In this document: positions 41,608 to 53,919 of the stretch, in pieces
Layout: every line of letters starts with the position of its first letter
How positions within the stretch are numbered: position 1 is the stretch's first letter
Source: Pelagomonas calceolata
Taxonomy: Eukaryota
Length of the DNA: 64,000 nt
Direction of reading: 5' to 3'
Assembly (NCBI GenBank): GCA_918797485.1
Contig: CAKKNE010000001.1
Location: 5,952,001-6,016,000 of the forward strand
Program-made: the position numbers and the translations under genes
Notes under the pieces: model-generated
Databases searched by the model: none
The model's input: only the letters and a program-made list of their open reading frames with translations
Told to the model about the DNA's origin: nothing

Positions 41608-42132
41608 TTATTTTTTCAACGCCAACGGGTCCACTTCCCGCGGGTCGTCGCGCATCAAGTCGTAGGCAGGCGCGTCCGCCTGCACCAGGTCGTATCCGAC
41701 GAAGGTCAGGATGTTCTGGACGAGCTCAGGAGGGACTCCTCTCCTCGCCGAGAATAAATCGGTGAGCTGGGGCTTCAGCTCCTTGCGGCGCTTCTGCCGC
41801 TTGCGGATGTCGATAGCTTTGTTTTCCAACGCGACTGCAGCCACGTGTCTCTGCCGCAGCTCGTTCGACGCGCGGCGGTACAGCTCCTTGAGGCGCCGCT
41901 GCTCGCGCGGCTCGGCTCCAACAAGCTCGGCCTCGTGGGCCTCCCGCAGCTGCCGCGCCTCGGCGCGGCGCTGCTCGTCGGCGATGGGGTCCGCGTCGGT
42001 GTACCAGCGGCTCCGCGGCACGTGCTTCTCCAGGCGGTTCGGCCGTTGGGAACCCGGCCCTGTGGGCGGTATGGGCGTCGGATTCGGCGAGGGGGGCCTA
42101 ACCAGCGCGTTAGGCGGCGCGGGCGTCTCCAT
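41608..42132 (-). CDS. Hypothetical protein
   Basis: ATG at 42132 (METPAPP...), coiled coil, C-terminal VPPELVQNILTFV motif. Confidence 0.55.
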   Translation of the reverse strand: METPAPPNALVRPPSPNPTPIPPTGPGSQRPNRLEKHVPRSRWYTDADPIADEQRRAEARQLREAHEAELVGAEPREQRRLKELYRRASNELRQRHVAAVALENKAIDIRKRQKRRKELKPQLTDLFSARRGVPPELVQNILTFVGYDLVQADAPAYDLMRDDPREVDPLALKK

Positions 42133-42350
42133 ACTCTCCGGGCGCCTGTCTTCGCGTCGCGGAGGGACTTTTTGCAGCAGTGCTCTCCCTTGGCCTTGAC
42201 GCTTGTACCGAGCCTCTGTAACCGCGGGCAATCCCGGGGCGGACTCGGTAGACCCTTGGGGCTGTGCGCAGCGAGTGGCGAGTCCCTTCACCCGTTATAA
42301 CACGTGTAATCGCCGCGTCGCCCCCGCAGCGTGAAATGTTGCTGGCATCC

Positions 42351-42369
42351 CTAGTGCCTTACCGCTAGC
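42351..42369 (-). promoter_or_regulatory. Recurrent upstream motif, copy 4
   Basis: Reverse complement reads GCTAGCGGTAAGGCACTAG, about 220 bp upstream of ATG 42132. Confidence 0.6.
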
Positions 42370-42462
42370 GGTCGAATCGAGGGCTCCGCCCACTAGTCCT
42401 AGCACCGTAACATCACCCCGAATCGAGAGCCACGACCGGAAGAAGACAGGAACAACAAATTA

Positions 42463-43554
42463 CTACTTCGTCTGGAACGCGTTCACCTGCGCCTGCGGGC
42501 ACCGCGCCGCCGTCGCCGCGAGGCTTTCGACGTCGCTCGGCGATAGGTCGAGGCGTAGCGCGCCGAGCGCGTCGCGGACCATGTCGGGCGTGCGCGCGCC
42601 GACGAGCGCGAGCGGCGGCGCCTTGTCACGGCCGCGCGCGCGGAGGCACCAGGCGAGCGACACCTGGCCGACGGTCGCGCCTTTCTCGTTCGCGACGGCC
42701 TCGAGCGCGCCGAGGAGGTCGGCGAGCTTCGGCAGCTGTGTTCTAAACAAAAAGCCGCGGATGCCGTTCGGGAGCCTTGACGCGTCCGCGCCGCGCCGGC
42801 CGAGCGCCGCCGCGTAGGCCGCCGTGTACCTCCCGCTCAGGAGCCCGAGGCAGAGCGGCGAGTAGCCCACGGACGTGACGCCGCAGTCGTCCGCGACGTC
42901 GAAGGAGCCGTCCTCGAGCGGCGCGCGGCACAATAGAGAGAACTGGGTCTGGTGCGTCGCCACGGGCGCGCCCGCCGCGTTGACGGCGTCGACGCCGCGG
43001 CGCAGGCCCCGCGGGCCCAGGTTCGACAGGCCGACGCCCCGGGCGAGGCCGCGGGTCACGCACGCCGCGAGGCCCCTATATACGGCCGGGTCCTGCAGGA
43101 AGCCGAGGCCGTAGGACTCGGCGGACCAGTGCTGGCCGACGAGCGCGACGCCGCCGGTGCGCCTCCCTGATTCCTCGCAGGCCGCGACGAAGTCCTCGGC
43201 TCTCAGCCGCCAGGGGTACGTCGCGAGCTTCGTGTGGACGCACACGTTCGCTGTTGTCTCTGAAAACCGCCCGAGCAGGCTCTCCGCGTTGCCTTCGAGC
43301 TCGCCCGTGCCGTAGGAGTCGCCGCTATCGAAGTAGGAGACGCCATTTTTGGCCGCTGAGCTCCACGCCTCGAGCAGCGCGGCGTCGCGCGCCGGCGAGT
43401 AGTCGTAGAGCAGCCTGTTACCCGCCTGCCACGTGCCGATGCCGAGCGGCACTTGGGTTTTTAGGTCCGTCTGTCCCAGTGACCGCGGCTGCCAGCGCGG
43501 CGCGAGTGCCGAGGCTGTAGTGATCAGTGTCCAGCGGCAACGCATCCGTGTCAT
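42463..43554 (-). CDS. Aldo-keto reductase (pyridoxal reductase-like), probably plastid-targeted
   Basis: LGIGTWQAG, FDSGDSYG, HTKLATYPWR, QHW, VGLSN, QTQFSLL, YSPLCLGLLSG. Confidence 0.88.
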   Translation of the reverse strand: MTRMRCRWTLITTASALAPRWQPRSLGQTDLKTQVPLGIGTWQAGNRLLYDYSPARDAALLEAWSSAAKNGVSYFDSGDSYGTGELEGNAESLLGRFSETTANVCVHTKLATYPWRLRAEDFVAACEESGRRTGGVALVGQHWSAESYGLGFLQDPAVYRGLAACVTRGLARGVGLSNLGPRGLRRGVDAVNAAGAPVATHQTQFSLLCRAPLEDGSFDVADDCGVTSVGYSPLCLGLLSGRYTAAYAAALGRRGADASRLPNGIRGFLFRTQLPKLADLLGALEAVANEKGATVGQVSLAWCLRARGRDKAPPLALVGARTPDMVRDALGALRLDLSPSDVESLAATAARCPQAQVNAFQTK

Positions 43555-44046
43555 GAGCTTTGCTTTGCTGCAGTGGGTGTCTTTGACCAATATGCAGTGC
43601 TTTTGGAGCAATGGTTTTGCACGCACAAGCGGGGAACGTTTTTTTCGAGTAATGTGAGCACTGGGCAACCAAATTTGTGCTCAGCGCAATGATCTCGCGC
43701 TTTATTGCCTGCCCAGCCTCTCCTCAGCTGGCACTCTGCTGGCATACTAGCTCCAGGGGACTCACGGGTGCCTCCCCTTAGCCTTGCGAAGGAGACGTCT
43801 CCGACCCTCGCTTCGCCACTGACCTCGTGCGGGTTCATGTGCTGAAATTGCTCGTTCTCGTGTCATATTACCCACATCGCGTCCGCAGAAGTGGGCCACA
43901 CACGTGCAGCGAGCTGAATCCATCGCGCAGCAGTCGCTGTTAGAAGTTCAACGCCTCTCGCTGCCTAGATTTGGGTGTCATCATGACTGGCCCAGCTACC
44001 CAGTTATTCGCGGCGCGCGACGCGGCGCGCGAACGCTGAGCCCGTG

Positions 44047-44739
44047 ATGCCGACGACGCAAACCGCAATAATAGCGCTGGCCGCAGCGGCCGCGGCGGCC
44101 CTCCTCTGGCGCCGCCGCCGCCGCCGCGTGCCGCCGCCCGGCCCGCAACAACCACCACTCGTCCTCGACGCGCGCATGCTCGACCGCGTGCTTTCATCAA
44201 TCGAGGAGGAGATCCTGCCACAAACAAAGACGGAGCTCGCGAAGGGTAACAAAATGTTCGGCGCCGCCGTCCTCGACGCGTTTTCTGGGGACACGGTTGT
44301 GGCGGCCACGAACCTGGAAACGGCCTGCCCGATCCACCACGGCGAGGTCGTAGCTATAGAAAAATGGTCAGAACTCAAAAAGCGGCCGCGGGCGTCGGAG
44401 TGTCTGTTTGTTGCGACGCACGAGCCCTGCTGTTTGTGCGTGAGCGCGATTGTGTGGTCTGGCTTCGAGCGGTGCGTGTTCCTGTTCCCCTACGAGACGA
44501 CGAAGCGCCAGGGCATCCCCCACGATCTCAATATTATGTACGAGCTGTGGCGCGTCGAGCGCTACCAGCGGCGCAACAGATATCTGGCGACGAGCGGCGT
44601 TTCTACTCTGATCGCCGCGCTGCCGCCGAGTTCAGAACGGGCCGACCTCGAGGCGCGCGTCGCGCGCCTGGCGGCGGCCTACGACGCGCTCGCCGATTCC
44701 TATAAAAAGGGCCCGCGCCCGGACGTCGCGTTCGCCTGA
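44047..44739 (+). CDS. Zn-dependent nucleoside/nucleobase deaminase
   Basis: FGAAVL, HGE, THEPCCLC. Confidence 0.88.
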   Translation: MPTTQTAIIALAAAAAAALLWRRRRRRVPPPGPQQPPLVLDARMLDRVLSSIEEEILPQTKTELAKGNKMFGAAVLDAFSGDTVVAATNLETACPIHHGEVVAIEKWSELKKRPRASECLFVATHEPCCLCVSAIVWSGFERCVFLFPYETTKRQGIPHDLNIMYELWRVERYQRRNRYLATSGVSTLIAALPPSSERADLEARVARLAAAYDALADSYKKGPRPDVAFA

Positions 44740-44905
44740 CAATTCATCTCACCCGCCGGGCGCGGCGCCCGGCCAATTCGAAAGAGGTTTTGTACATACG
44801 ACCCCCGCAATTCACACCAAATTCACAGAAAACGCCGACACATAGACACGTGACCAGCTGTAGCTAGACACGCGCTATGTAAGTTTTGTATACATCGACT
44901 TAACA

Positions 44906-46865
44906 TCACATTAGGGGCTTCGGAAACGGCGTTCGATGGGCCGGTAGCGGGTGGGCCTCGTGCGGCGGCAGCGCGTCGGCCGGCTCCGTCGCCACGCCCG
45001 ACGGAAGCACGAAGGACTCGTCGTCGACGTAGCTCACGCTCGCCGCCAGGATGACCGGCTGGGCGCCGTCGAGCGCGTACTCGGCCTTCGTGACATCGCC
45101 TTCCACGACGTCGACGATGGTCTCCGCGACGACGCCGCGCCGCTCGACGACGACGAGCAGGCGCGCCTGCTCGCCGTCCTCGAGCGCCACGACGACGTTG
45201 CCCCGCGTGCCGCGCCGCCCGAAGGCGTAGGTCTCCATCTCGCCGGCGACGGCCCGGTCCGTCCACACAAACTCGCCGCGGCCGCCGTCGCCCGTGAGCA
45301 GCGCGACGCCCACGCGCGGCGCCTTGGCGAAGAGGCCGCGCCGCAGGCCGCGCGCCGAGACGACGTCCACCAGCACGCCGCGCCGGCGCTGCGTGCCCAA
45401 GCACGCGCGCACGAAGGCGCCGGCCTGGCGCAGCGCCGTCCGCGGCGTCTCGTGGCAGAAAGAGAAGATCGGCGAGACGTGCGGCATATCTCTGAACACG
45501 GTCAAGGTCGTCGGCGTACCCGCCGCCGCCGCCGCTCGGGCCAGTCTCACCTGTGTGGAAATCAACCAGTGTGTTGGGTGCACTTCCGTCGAGCGGTGAG
45601 GAACCGACACCGCCACGCCATCGAGCAGGCGTCGCGTCGATGGCGTGGAGATCGACGCGACGATTCAGGACAATCGCGCCGTGAAATTTTGATTTCCGCA
45701 CAGAGTCTCACCTGTTGATCATGCAAAACCTCGCACTGGCCCGTCTGGATTAATGTGGGAGGCAAGGAGTGGAGGTCGAACTTGACTGGCGAGTGCGACG
45801 CATCAGACCCCGACGCCTCGACCGTCTCGCGCGCGAGCAGGTCGATCATGTCTCCGGGTAGGAAGTCCCACCGCTCGTTCGAGAGCCGCGAGCCTCCAGT
45901 ACGCTCTTCGCCGAGGTCGACCCACGGACTGATGGCGAGGCACCCGGCCGGCGGCGCCAGGCGCCAGGCGCCGTCGCGCCCGTCCGGCGTCGCGCCGGCG
46001 TCGCGAATCTTGATCGCGAAGGCCAGCGCGAGCCCGCCGCCGGCGGAATCGCCGCCGACGCACGCTCGCGACGCGCCCAGCTCCAGGACGCGCTCGTAGG
46101 CCGCGCGAACGTCGTCCAGAGCGTCCGCACTGCTCGCGTCCGGCGGGCGCCGGAAGTCGGGCATCACGATCACCTGTGCGCAAATCAACCAGTGATGTCG
46201 GACTAGCCGTCGAGCAGGCGTCGCGTCGATGGCGTGGAGGTCGTGATTCAGCTGTGGGCGCGACATTTGTTTTATGCACTGGCGATCACGCCGCCGGTCG
46301 CGAGCGCGAGTCTGAAGGCTAAATCGCGGTGCGTGCCCCGGCCGCAGAGGCAGTGCGCGCCGCCGTGGACGAGCACGAGCGCCGGCGCGGTCCGCAGCAG
46401 CTCGCGGAACTCGGTCGTCCGGACGACGTCGGGCGTCGTCTGCGCCGACGTCGTGCTCCACTTTCTAGACAGCTCCGCCATCGGCGTCGCCGCGCGCGGC
46501 CAGACGAACTCGACGGCCAGCTCGGAGCCGTCCGGCCGCGTCAATCGCTCCGTGCAGCGCAGGACTCCGGCCGGTAATAAGGGGCCGGGGACGCTCACGG
46601 AGGTCGCCGCCCGCAGCAGGCCCACGTCTCTGGGGGCGTTCTTCGTGGCCGACCGCAGGGCCGTGACATAGGCCTCGAAGCGCGGATTCCACGTCGGCCT
46701 TTTTGCGCCGCACACCCGCGCCCGCCACTTGCCCTTCAGTAATGCGAGGGGCACGCGCAGCGGTAACGTCGTCGAGCGGAACCATCTCACGCACGGGTGC
46801 GAGTGGCTGTAGTCCAGCGGGCCTGGCGGCGGCGTGGCCGCCATGAAGGGTTGCTCGTGCGCCAT
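44906..46865 (-). CDS. HSL-family alpha/beta hydrolase; exons 46865-46290, 46173-45712, 45550-44906 (alternative ATG 46904)
   Basis: HGGA oxyanion motif, GDSAGG nucleophile, EVLHDQ|QVRL, MPH. The continuous frame is restored by splicing two introners. Confidence 0.88.
45551..45703 (-). mobile_element. Introner (153 bp), intron 45711-45551
   Basis: TIR CTGTGTGGAAATCAA / CTGTGCGGAAATCAA (14/15). Perfect TSD AGTCTCAC at 45543-45550 and 45704-45711. GT comes from the TSD and AG from the TIR. Confidence 0.95.
46174..46281 (-). mobile_element. Shortened introner (108 bp), intron 46289-46174
   Basis: TSD ACGATCAC / GCGATCAC (7/8). Acceptor end TTGATTTGCGCACAG is intact and the donor-side TIR is decayed. 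Splicing gives LATGG|VIVMPDFRRPPD. Confidence 0.9.
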
Positions 46866-47445
46866 TTTTGCCAGTACGACGCGCAACAGGAGCGCGGCTC
46901 TCATGCACTGACTGCTTTGGAGCTCTTTGAGGGCCACGAGAGCTCGGTTTGCCGTGCGCGACGCTAGCTGACAATAATTTTAATGCTGCGACGACTGCGT
47001 ATTCGATCTATGCGTACGCGTACTCCTGGAGCACTGAAAGGCGGCCACAGGGCCCACAGCTCCTGCAGAGCCGAGACCATGGAGGCCTCGGGTTTTTTAT
47101 CGCGATGCCCACAAGGAGGAGATTGTGAGGCGAGAGTTCGGCGCGGTACGCGTCAGTGTGGGACGGGGGCTTTCGAAAGCCGCGTTGCGCGACGACGGCG
47201 GCGGCCGGCTGGCCCACGACTTCTCGGGGGCTTTCGGCCACGAGGCGCGCTTTTTCTGTTGTTCTTGGCGGGGGCTGACGGGTCCTTGGCCGTGTTGTTT
47301 TGCGGCTGTGTGGCTTGGGCCGTTGCGTAACGTGGGTGGGCCGCGCCGATGGGAGCCTGGTTTTTGGGGGATCTGTGGGGTTGCTGCTGCCGTTGTGGGT
47401 AGACGACGCTGGTGCGTGGGCCGGGACGCTGCCCTGTGTGGAGGG

Positions 47446-47459
47446 CCAATCAGACGTCG
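47446..47459 (+). promoter_or_regulatory. Possible CCAAT box next to GACGTC, upstream of the ubiquitin fusion gene
   Basis: CCAATCAGACGTCG about 115 bp before ATG 47571. Confidence 0.3.
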
Positions 47460-47570
47460 ACCACCAAGTCCGTTATGGGGGAAATGGGCTAGCCGCTATT
47501 GCAGGGCGTGAGTGCTCTTGGGCTTTGGGCCGCTGTAGAGCCGCAAAAAGCGCCGCGCCAGCCGAAAAAC

Positions 47571-48597
<1,027 letters not shown>

Positions 48598-48674
48598 CCC
48601 CTCCCCCCGTGTTCCTATCGCGCGCTTCGACTGACTAACGACAAGAAAGAGTAGATAGATCTTAGCGTAGGAGA

Positions 48675-48705
48675 CGTCGCGTCGATGGCGTCGGGGGTTG
48701 ACGCG
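48675..48705. repeat. Intergenic relic of the introner core
   Basis: CGTCGCGTCGATGGCGTCGGGGGTTGACGCG versus the introner CGTCGCGTCGATGGCGTGGAGGTCGACGCG. Confidence 0.7.
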
Positions 48706-48762
48706 GACGCTTCTCCGACGGACAACTCCGCCGGGACGATAACTTGAAAACGAAGCGGCCGC

Positions 48763-48936
48763 CGTCGCCTCCGAGCGAACACCTGTGTACGAGGGCGTGC
48801 GGTCAAGCAGGCCCCGCGGCGGCTTGGTGATCGACTCGTTGGTGGCTAGGCAGCCTAGCTCTAAGCAAAGCAAGCTTAGAGCTAGGTCGCCTAGCCCCCA
48901 CACGCCGTCGCCCCGAGTGTTAGCTCGGAGGCGACG
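48763..48936. repeat. Imperfect inverted repeat built from two copies of the 8044-8190 family
   Basis: Inner arms 48844-48866 / 48874-48896 (21/23, 7-nt loop); outer arms 48763-48782 / 48917-48936 (19/20). Confidence 0.85.
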
Positions 48937-49033
48937 ACTGCGAGGGGGGGAGCAAGTCGGACGCCGGAATCCCAAGGCCGCGAGTCCCGCGACAAGTCCC
49001 GCGACGGGGCGCAAATTGGCAAGAAGATTTATA

Positions 49034-51088
49034 CTAGTACAGCTTCTCCACCATCTCCGAGTTCCACGTCGGCGTCCGCCAGTGGACGTACGCGACGAAG
49101 AGCGAGCACAGCCCCGACACGATCGTGAAGATGAAGGACGTGTAGGGGTACGCCGCGTCGACGGCGTACGACGTCCCCGGGTCGTCGTCGGCGTACGCGT
49201 AGGCCGCCTCCGTATCATCAGAGGCCGGCACGAAGAAGGCCCCCGTCGGCAGCTGCATGAGGCAGTCGAAGGAGAAGTAGACGAGCATGTTCAAGACTAA
49301 AACCGTCGCCAGACACTCGACGCCGACGCCCGCGAACTTCCAGTACCACGAGTCTTTTTCCGTGTCGACCCGTCGATAGACGATGAAGGCCGCCGCGAGC
49401 TTGACGAACAAAATGGGGTAGAGCGCGCCGTAGGCCTGCTCGCCCGCCGTCGCGCACATGCCCGTCCAGTCGTAGTCCGAACCCGCGGCGTCGTCGTCGC
49501 CGAAAGATTTCCCGAAGGGTACATAAACTTTGTTGCCGTCCAGCGCCTCGTCCGCGACCGTGTCGTCCTCGCCGATCTCGTCGGCGACGACGACAAAACC
49601 GTTCAGCCCGATGATGAGGTAGGTCGACGGGTCCGTGGTGTCGAGCCGCGCGTAGCCGAACGCCTCTACTAAAGTCGGGTCCTCGCCGGAAGCCAAAAAA
49701 GCGAAGACCAGCGCGATGGCCGAAAAGCACGTCGCGAAGAAGACCCCACAGTAGCACTCTCCTCTATGATCGTCGTACCACAATCGACCTCCCAGCGCCC
49801 CCAGGTCCGGGCACTTCCAGTGCTGGAAGAGGTAGCCGTACGTCAGCCGGATGCTGCCGATCACGCAGCCGCCCGCCGCGACGCCCGCGATGACGACCAT
49901 GCAGAAGATGGCCAGCTGGTACAGGAGCATCGACGCCTCGTCGCTCGAGTCCCAGCAGCGCTCCCATCCAACTTTATTTCCGGTAAAATTGAAGTGGGGC
50001 TCGTTGTGGCAGCCGTAGCCCGTGCCGTTCTCCATCAGATGCACTTCCTGGTCGCCGAACGGAAAGTCCCACGTCGGCTCGAAGAACGCGCGCGTGTGCT
50101 TGATCTCGAGGTGCGCGTAGAAGGCCGCGAAGGCCGCGCCCGCCCGGGCTCGATTCTCCGAGAGCGTGCCGTGCGTGACCTTGAGCCGCGCGCCCGCGGC
50201 GCGCGGCGCGTGGCTGCCCCCAATATTTATGTGGTAAAGTGTCGTTCCGTTGACAATATGGTCGTGCGGGCGGGGACCTCGTGTTCCGTTGACGTACGCG
50301 ACGCCGCCCACCTCCGACGCGTTGTTCCTCCTGAAAAGACAGTGGTCCAGCCGCGCGAACGTCGCGTGCACGTAGACCGCGCCGCCGCGCGTCGCGCTGT
50401 TCGCCGTGAAGGTCACGTCGTGGGCGTAGAGCGAGGCGGGCCAGCTGACGCGGATGGCGCCGCCATAGTCGTCGTCCTCGGCGCCCAAGATTAACTCAAG
50501 GTGCTTGAGCCGCACCTCCGACGACACCGTGGCCTCGTCGAGGCCGAGGCGTCTTCGGGAAGAAGGAGGGGTCCCCGTGATGTCTATCAATCGGAACGTG
50601 CCGTCTCCGATTAATTTGCCGGTCCCGTCGTTGGACTTGAGCTCCTGCGAGCTGTCGGTGAGGACGAGGGTGGAGGTGAGCGCGATCGTCGCGTTGAGGT
50701 CCGCGTCGAAGCCGTCGTCCAGCAGGGCGGTTCGGAGCTGCGCCTCGGTGAAGACGATGGGCGCGGCGACGGGCGCGAGGGTCGGCGAGGGCGAGGGCGG
50801 GGACGTCGGGAACGGCGAGGGCCCGGGCGTCATCGAGGGGCCCGGCGTCGGGACCGGCGTGGGGTAGCTCGTCGGGCGCGGCGAGGGCATCCTCACGAGC
50901 GCGAGTTGCTGCCACGTCGTCGGCGACGGGCTCGGGCCCGTCGGCTGCGGCGTCGGGGTCTTGTGCCAGTTGGCGTGCCCGAGCCGTCGCCCGTCATCCT
51001 TGCCCCCACGAAGCCGCTGGGTGGTCGTCGGCCGCAGCAGGACTGCTAGGAGGAGCCATGTCCTTCGTTGTGGCGCGGGCTGCCTCAT
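49034..51088 (-). CDS. Membrane protein with Pro/Thr-rich stalk, Pmp-like beta-helix repeats and multi-TM C-terminus
   Basis: Signal peptide, PTP/PSP repeats, GGAI / FTANSATRGGAVY / FRRNNASEVGG, several hydrophobic helices. Confidence 0.7.
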   Translation of the reverse strand: MRQPAPQRRTWLLLAVLLRPTTTQRLRGGKDDGRRLGHANWHKTPTPQPTGPSPSPTTWQQLALVRMPSPRPTSYPTPVPTPGPSMTPGPSPFPTSPPSPSPTLAPVAAPIVFTEAQLRTALLDDGFDADLNATIALTSTLVLTDSSQELKSNDGTGKLIGDGTFRLIDITGTPPSSRRRLGLDEATVSSEVRLKHLELILGAEDDDYGGAIRVSWPASLYAHDVTFTANSATRGGAVYVHATFARLDHCLFRRNNASEVGGVAYVNGTRGPRPHDHIVNGTTLYHINIGGSHAPRAAGARLKVTHGTLSENRARAGAAFAAFYAHLEIKHTRAFFEPTWDFPFGDQEVHLMENGTGYGCHNEPHFNFTGNKVGWERCWDSSDEASMLLYQLAIFCMVVIAGVAAGGCVIGSIRLTYGYLFQHWKCPDLGALGGRLWYDDHRGECYCGVFFATCFSAIALVFAFLASGEDPTLVEAFGYARLDTTDPSTYLIIGLNGFVVVADEIGEDDTVADEALDGNKVYVPFGKSFGDDDAAGSDYDWTGMCATAGEQAYGALYPILFVKLAAAFIVYRRVDTEKDSWYWKFAGVGVECLATVLVLNMLVYFSFDCLMQLPTGAFFVPASDDTEAAYAYADDDPGTSYAVDAAYPYTSFIFTIVSGLCSLFVAYVHWRTPTWNSEMVEKLY

Positions 51089-51566
51089 GACTCGACTGCG
51101 CGCGACGCCAGGCTGCCCGGCCGTCTCCGACGAATGCGTCGAAACGGCAGCGACCCTGCGGCCCACGAGTATGTCTCTTTGCCCTCCTCTTTGTGCTAAG
51201 TTTTGATAGAACCCGACCATTTCCGTGTCCCCGGTGTCGACTCTATGGGGAGCTCGCGGTGCGAGTAGCCTGTCCGGTACCGGGTGGCGGGTGGGGCAGC
51301 GTCGGGCGGGTCGTTGTGGCGGATGGGTGTTGGCGCGCGCCGCGGCTCTCCATTTGCAGTATACACGAGCGCTCGCGGTTTTGCCCGTGTTACCACGCAT
51401 GGACGTCTCGCTTCTACCGCTTGTAAGTGTCGGTTGGATTTTTCGGCTCGCGGACCCGACCATCGGCTTCGAGTCGCAGAGACTCCACGCGTAAATTTTG
51501 GCTGCGCACTAGCCACATTTATCACTGTTGCAAGCGCGAGGCGCTGCAACGGTCTCAGCGCACACC

Positions 51567-53876
51567 ATGCGCACGATTCTAAAGCTCTTCGCGATCGCCG
51601 CGGCCGTGACCGTAAATGTGGCTGCAGCCGAAACTGCGGAGGCGCCAGCCGCCGAGACCTTCGAGTTCCAGGCCGAGGTCAACCGGCTCATGGACATCAT
51701 CATTAATTCCTTGTACAAGAACAAGGAGATCTTCCTGAGGGAGGTCATTTCCAACGGCAGCGACGCGCTCGACAAGATCCGCTTCGTGGCCGTGAGCGAC
51801 AAGACGGCGCTCGACTCGAAGAAGGAGCTCGAGATCCGCATCTCCTTCGACAAGGACGCGCGCACGCTCACCATCAGAGACAGTGGTGTTGGGATGACCA
51901 AGGCCGATTTGGTTGCGAACCTCGGCACCGTCGCCAAGTCGGGCACTACCAATTTTGTGGAAGCCATGTCCGGCGACCAGGGCGGCGATTTGTCGTTGAT
52001 CGGCCAGTTCGGCGTCGGCTTCTACTCCGTTTATCTGGTCGCTGATAAGGTCCGGGTGCGGTCGAAGCATAATGATGATGAGCAGCACTGCTGGGAGTCG
52101 GCCGCCGACTCGTCCTTCTCGGTGTGGAAAGATGACGGCGAGGATCTGGGGAGAGGCACGGAGATCACCTTATATCTCAAGGAGGACGCCGGTGAATTCC
52201 TCGACCAAGACCGCCTCGAGGAACTCGTACTCAGATACAGTGAGTTCATCACCTTCCCGATCTACCTCTACAAGTCGTCTACCGAGACTGTGGAGGTGGA
52301 AGACGACGAAGAAGAGGATCTCGACGACGAGGAGGAGGAGGACGAGGACCTCGACGAGGAGGACGACGAATACGAGGACGAGGACGAAGCCCCCCGCACA
52401 ACTACGGTGACGAACTGGGACTGGAGCCAAGTAAACTCGGAGTCCGCCATCTGGGCGCGCGACGCGTCGGAGGTCGAGGACGACGAGTACAAGTCCTTCT
52501 ACAAGACGTTCTCGAAGGACACGGCGGACCCGACGACGTGGATCCACTTCAAGGCCGAGGGCGAGGTCGAGTTCAAGTCCATCTTGTTCGTGCCGGGCCA
52601 GGTGCCCTTCGACATGTACGACTCCTACCACAACAAGAACGCCCAACTGCGGTTGTACGTCCGGAAGGTACTTATTACCGACGAATTCGAGGACCTGGTG
52701 CCGCGCTACCTGAACTTCCTGCGCGGTGTGGTTGATAGCGACGACTTGCCGCTGAACGTGTCGCGCGAGACGCTGCAGCAGCACAAGGTGCTCAAGGTGA
52801 TGGGCAAGAAGCTCGTGCGCAAGGCTCTGGAGATGCTCCGGAAGCTCGCGCAGAAGTCTGAGTCTGATGACGATGATGAGGACGAGGACGACGAGGAAGA
52901 AGGTGACGAGGACGACGAGGAGGAGGAGGCGTCCAAGGACCCGTACATCGAGTTCTGGGAGAAGTTCGGCAAGAACATCAAGCTCGGGATTATCGAGGAC
53001 TCCGCGAACCGCTCCAAATTAACGAAGCTCCTGAGGTACAAGTCGTCGACGTCGGGAGAAGGATATACCTCATTTGAACAGTACGTCGAGAACATGAAGG
53101 ACTGGCAGAAGGCTATTTACTACATCGCGGGCGAAAACGTCGAGGCTGTGGAAAATTCCCCCTTCCTCGAGAAGTGCAAGGCCAAGGGCGTCGAGGTTTT
53201 ATATATGGTCGACCCCATCGACGAGTACGCCATCCAGCACGTGACCGAATTCGACGGGAAGAAGTTACAAAGCGTCACGAAGGAAGGTTTGAAATTCGGC
53301 GACGAGGACGAGGCCCTCGAGGCGAAGCGGACGAAGCTCTACAAGGAGACTTTTAAACCGCTCACTGATTATCTCAAGGAGCTGTACGGCGACGCCGTGG
53401 TCAAGGTATCCATCTCCAAGCGCGTCGAGACGACCCCCACAATTATTGTTACGAGCCAGTACGGCAACAGCGCGAACATGGAGCGCATCATGCGCGCCCA
53501 GGCCTTCTCCGAAAAACAAAGCATGGGCATGATGATGTCCCAGAAGACCATGGAGCTGAACCCGCGGCACCCGATCATCAACGAATTGTTGACCAAGGTC
53601 AAGGACGAGAAGACCGACGAAGACACGGAGAACCTCGCTTGGTTGCTGCTCGATAACGCGCTGATGCAGAGCGGCTTCCAGCCGGCCGATGTGGATGCGT
53701 TCGCGCAGAGGGCGTTGAAAATTATCCAGTCCGGTTTGGCGCTGGAGTCGTCTGACTTATTACCGGAGATGGAGGTGCCCGACGACCCCGAGGAGGAGGA
53801 GGACGAGGAGGACGAGGTCGACCTGGACGCGTTCGGCGACGACGCCGACGCGGACGAGGCGAAGGACGAGCTCTAG
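51567..53876 (+). CDS. HSP90B1: Endoplasmin / GRP94 (ER HSP90)
   Basis: Signal peptide, [43 protein letters not shown]-terminal KDEL. Confidence 0.97.
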   Translation: MRTILKLFAIAAAVTVNVAAAETAEAPAAETFEFQAEVNRLMDIIINSLYKNKEIFLREVISNGSDALDKIRFVAVSDKTALDSKKELEIRISFDKDARTLTIRDSGVGMTKADLVANLGTVAKSGTTNFVEAMSGDQGGDLSLIGQFGVGFYSVYLVADKVRVRSKHNDDEQHCWESAADSSFSVWKDDGEDLGRGTEITLYLKEDAGEFLDQDRLEELVLRYSEFITFPIYLYKSSTETVEVEDDEEEDLDDEEEEDEDLDEEDDEYEDEDEAPRTTTVTNWDWSQVNSESAIWARDASEVEDDEYKSFYKTFSKDTADPTTWIHFKAEGEVEFKSILFVPGQVPFDMYDSYHNKNAQLRLYVRKVLITDEFEDLVPRYLNFLRGVVDSDDLPLNVSRETLQQHKVLKVMGKKLVRKALEMLRKLAQKSESDDDDEDEDDEEEGDEDDEEEEASKDPYIEFWEKFGKNIKLGIIEDSANRSKLTKLLRYKSSTSGEGYTSFEQYVENMKDWQKAIYYIAGENVEAVENSPFLEKCKAKGVEVLYMVDPIDEYAIQHVTEFDGKKLQSVTKEGLKFGDEDEALEAKRTKLYKETFKPLTDYLKELYGDAVVKVSISKRVETTPTIIVTSQYGNSANMERIMRAQAFSEKQSMGMMMSQKTMELNPRHPIINELLTKVKDEKTDEDTENLAWLLLDNALMQSGFQPADVDAFAQRALKIIQSGLALESSDLLPEMEVPDDPEEEEDEEDEVDLDAFGDDADADEAKDEL

Positions 53877-53919
53877 TGTCCCCCCGTTTTCATCATAAGT
53901 GTATTTCTACTAATCTTTC

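Noticed and set aside
47434..47441. CTGTGTGG resembling an introner terminus
   Set aside because: No partner TIR, TSD or core sequence nearby.
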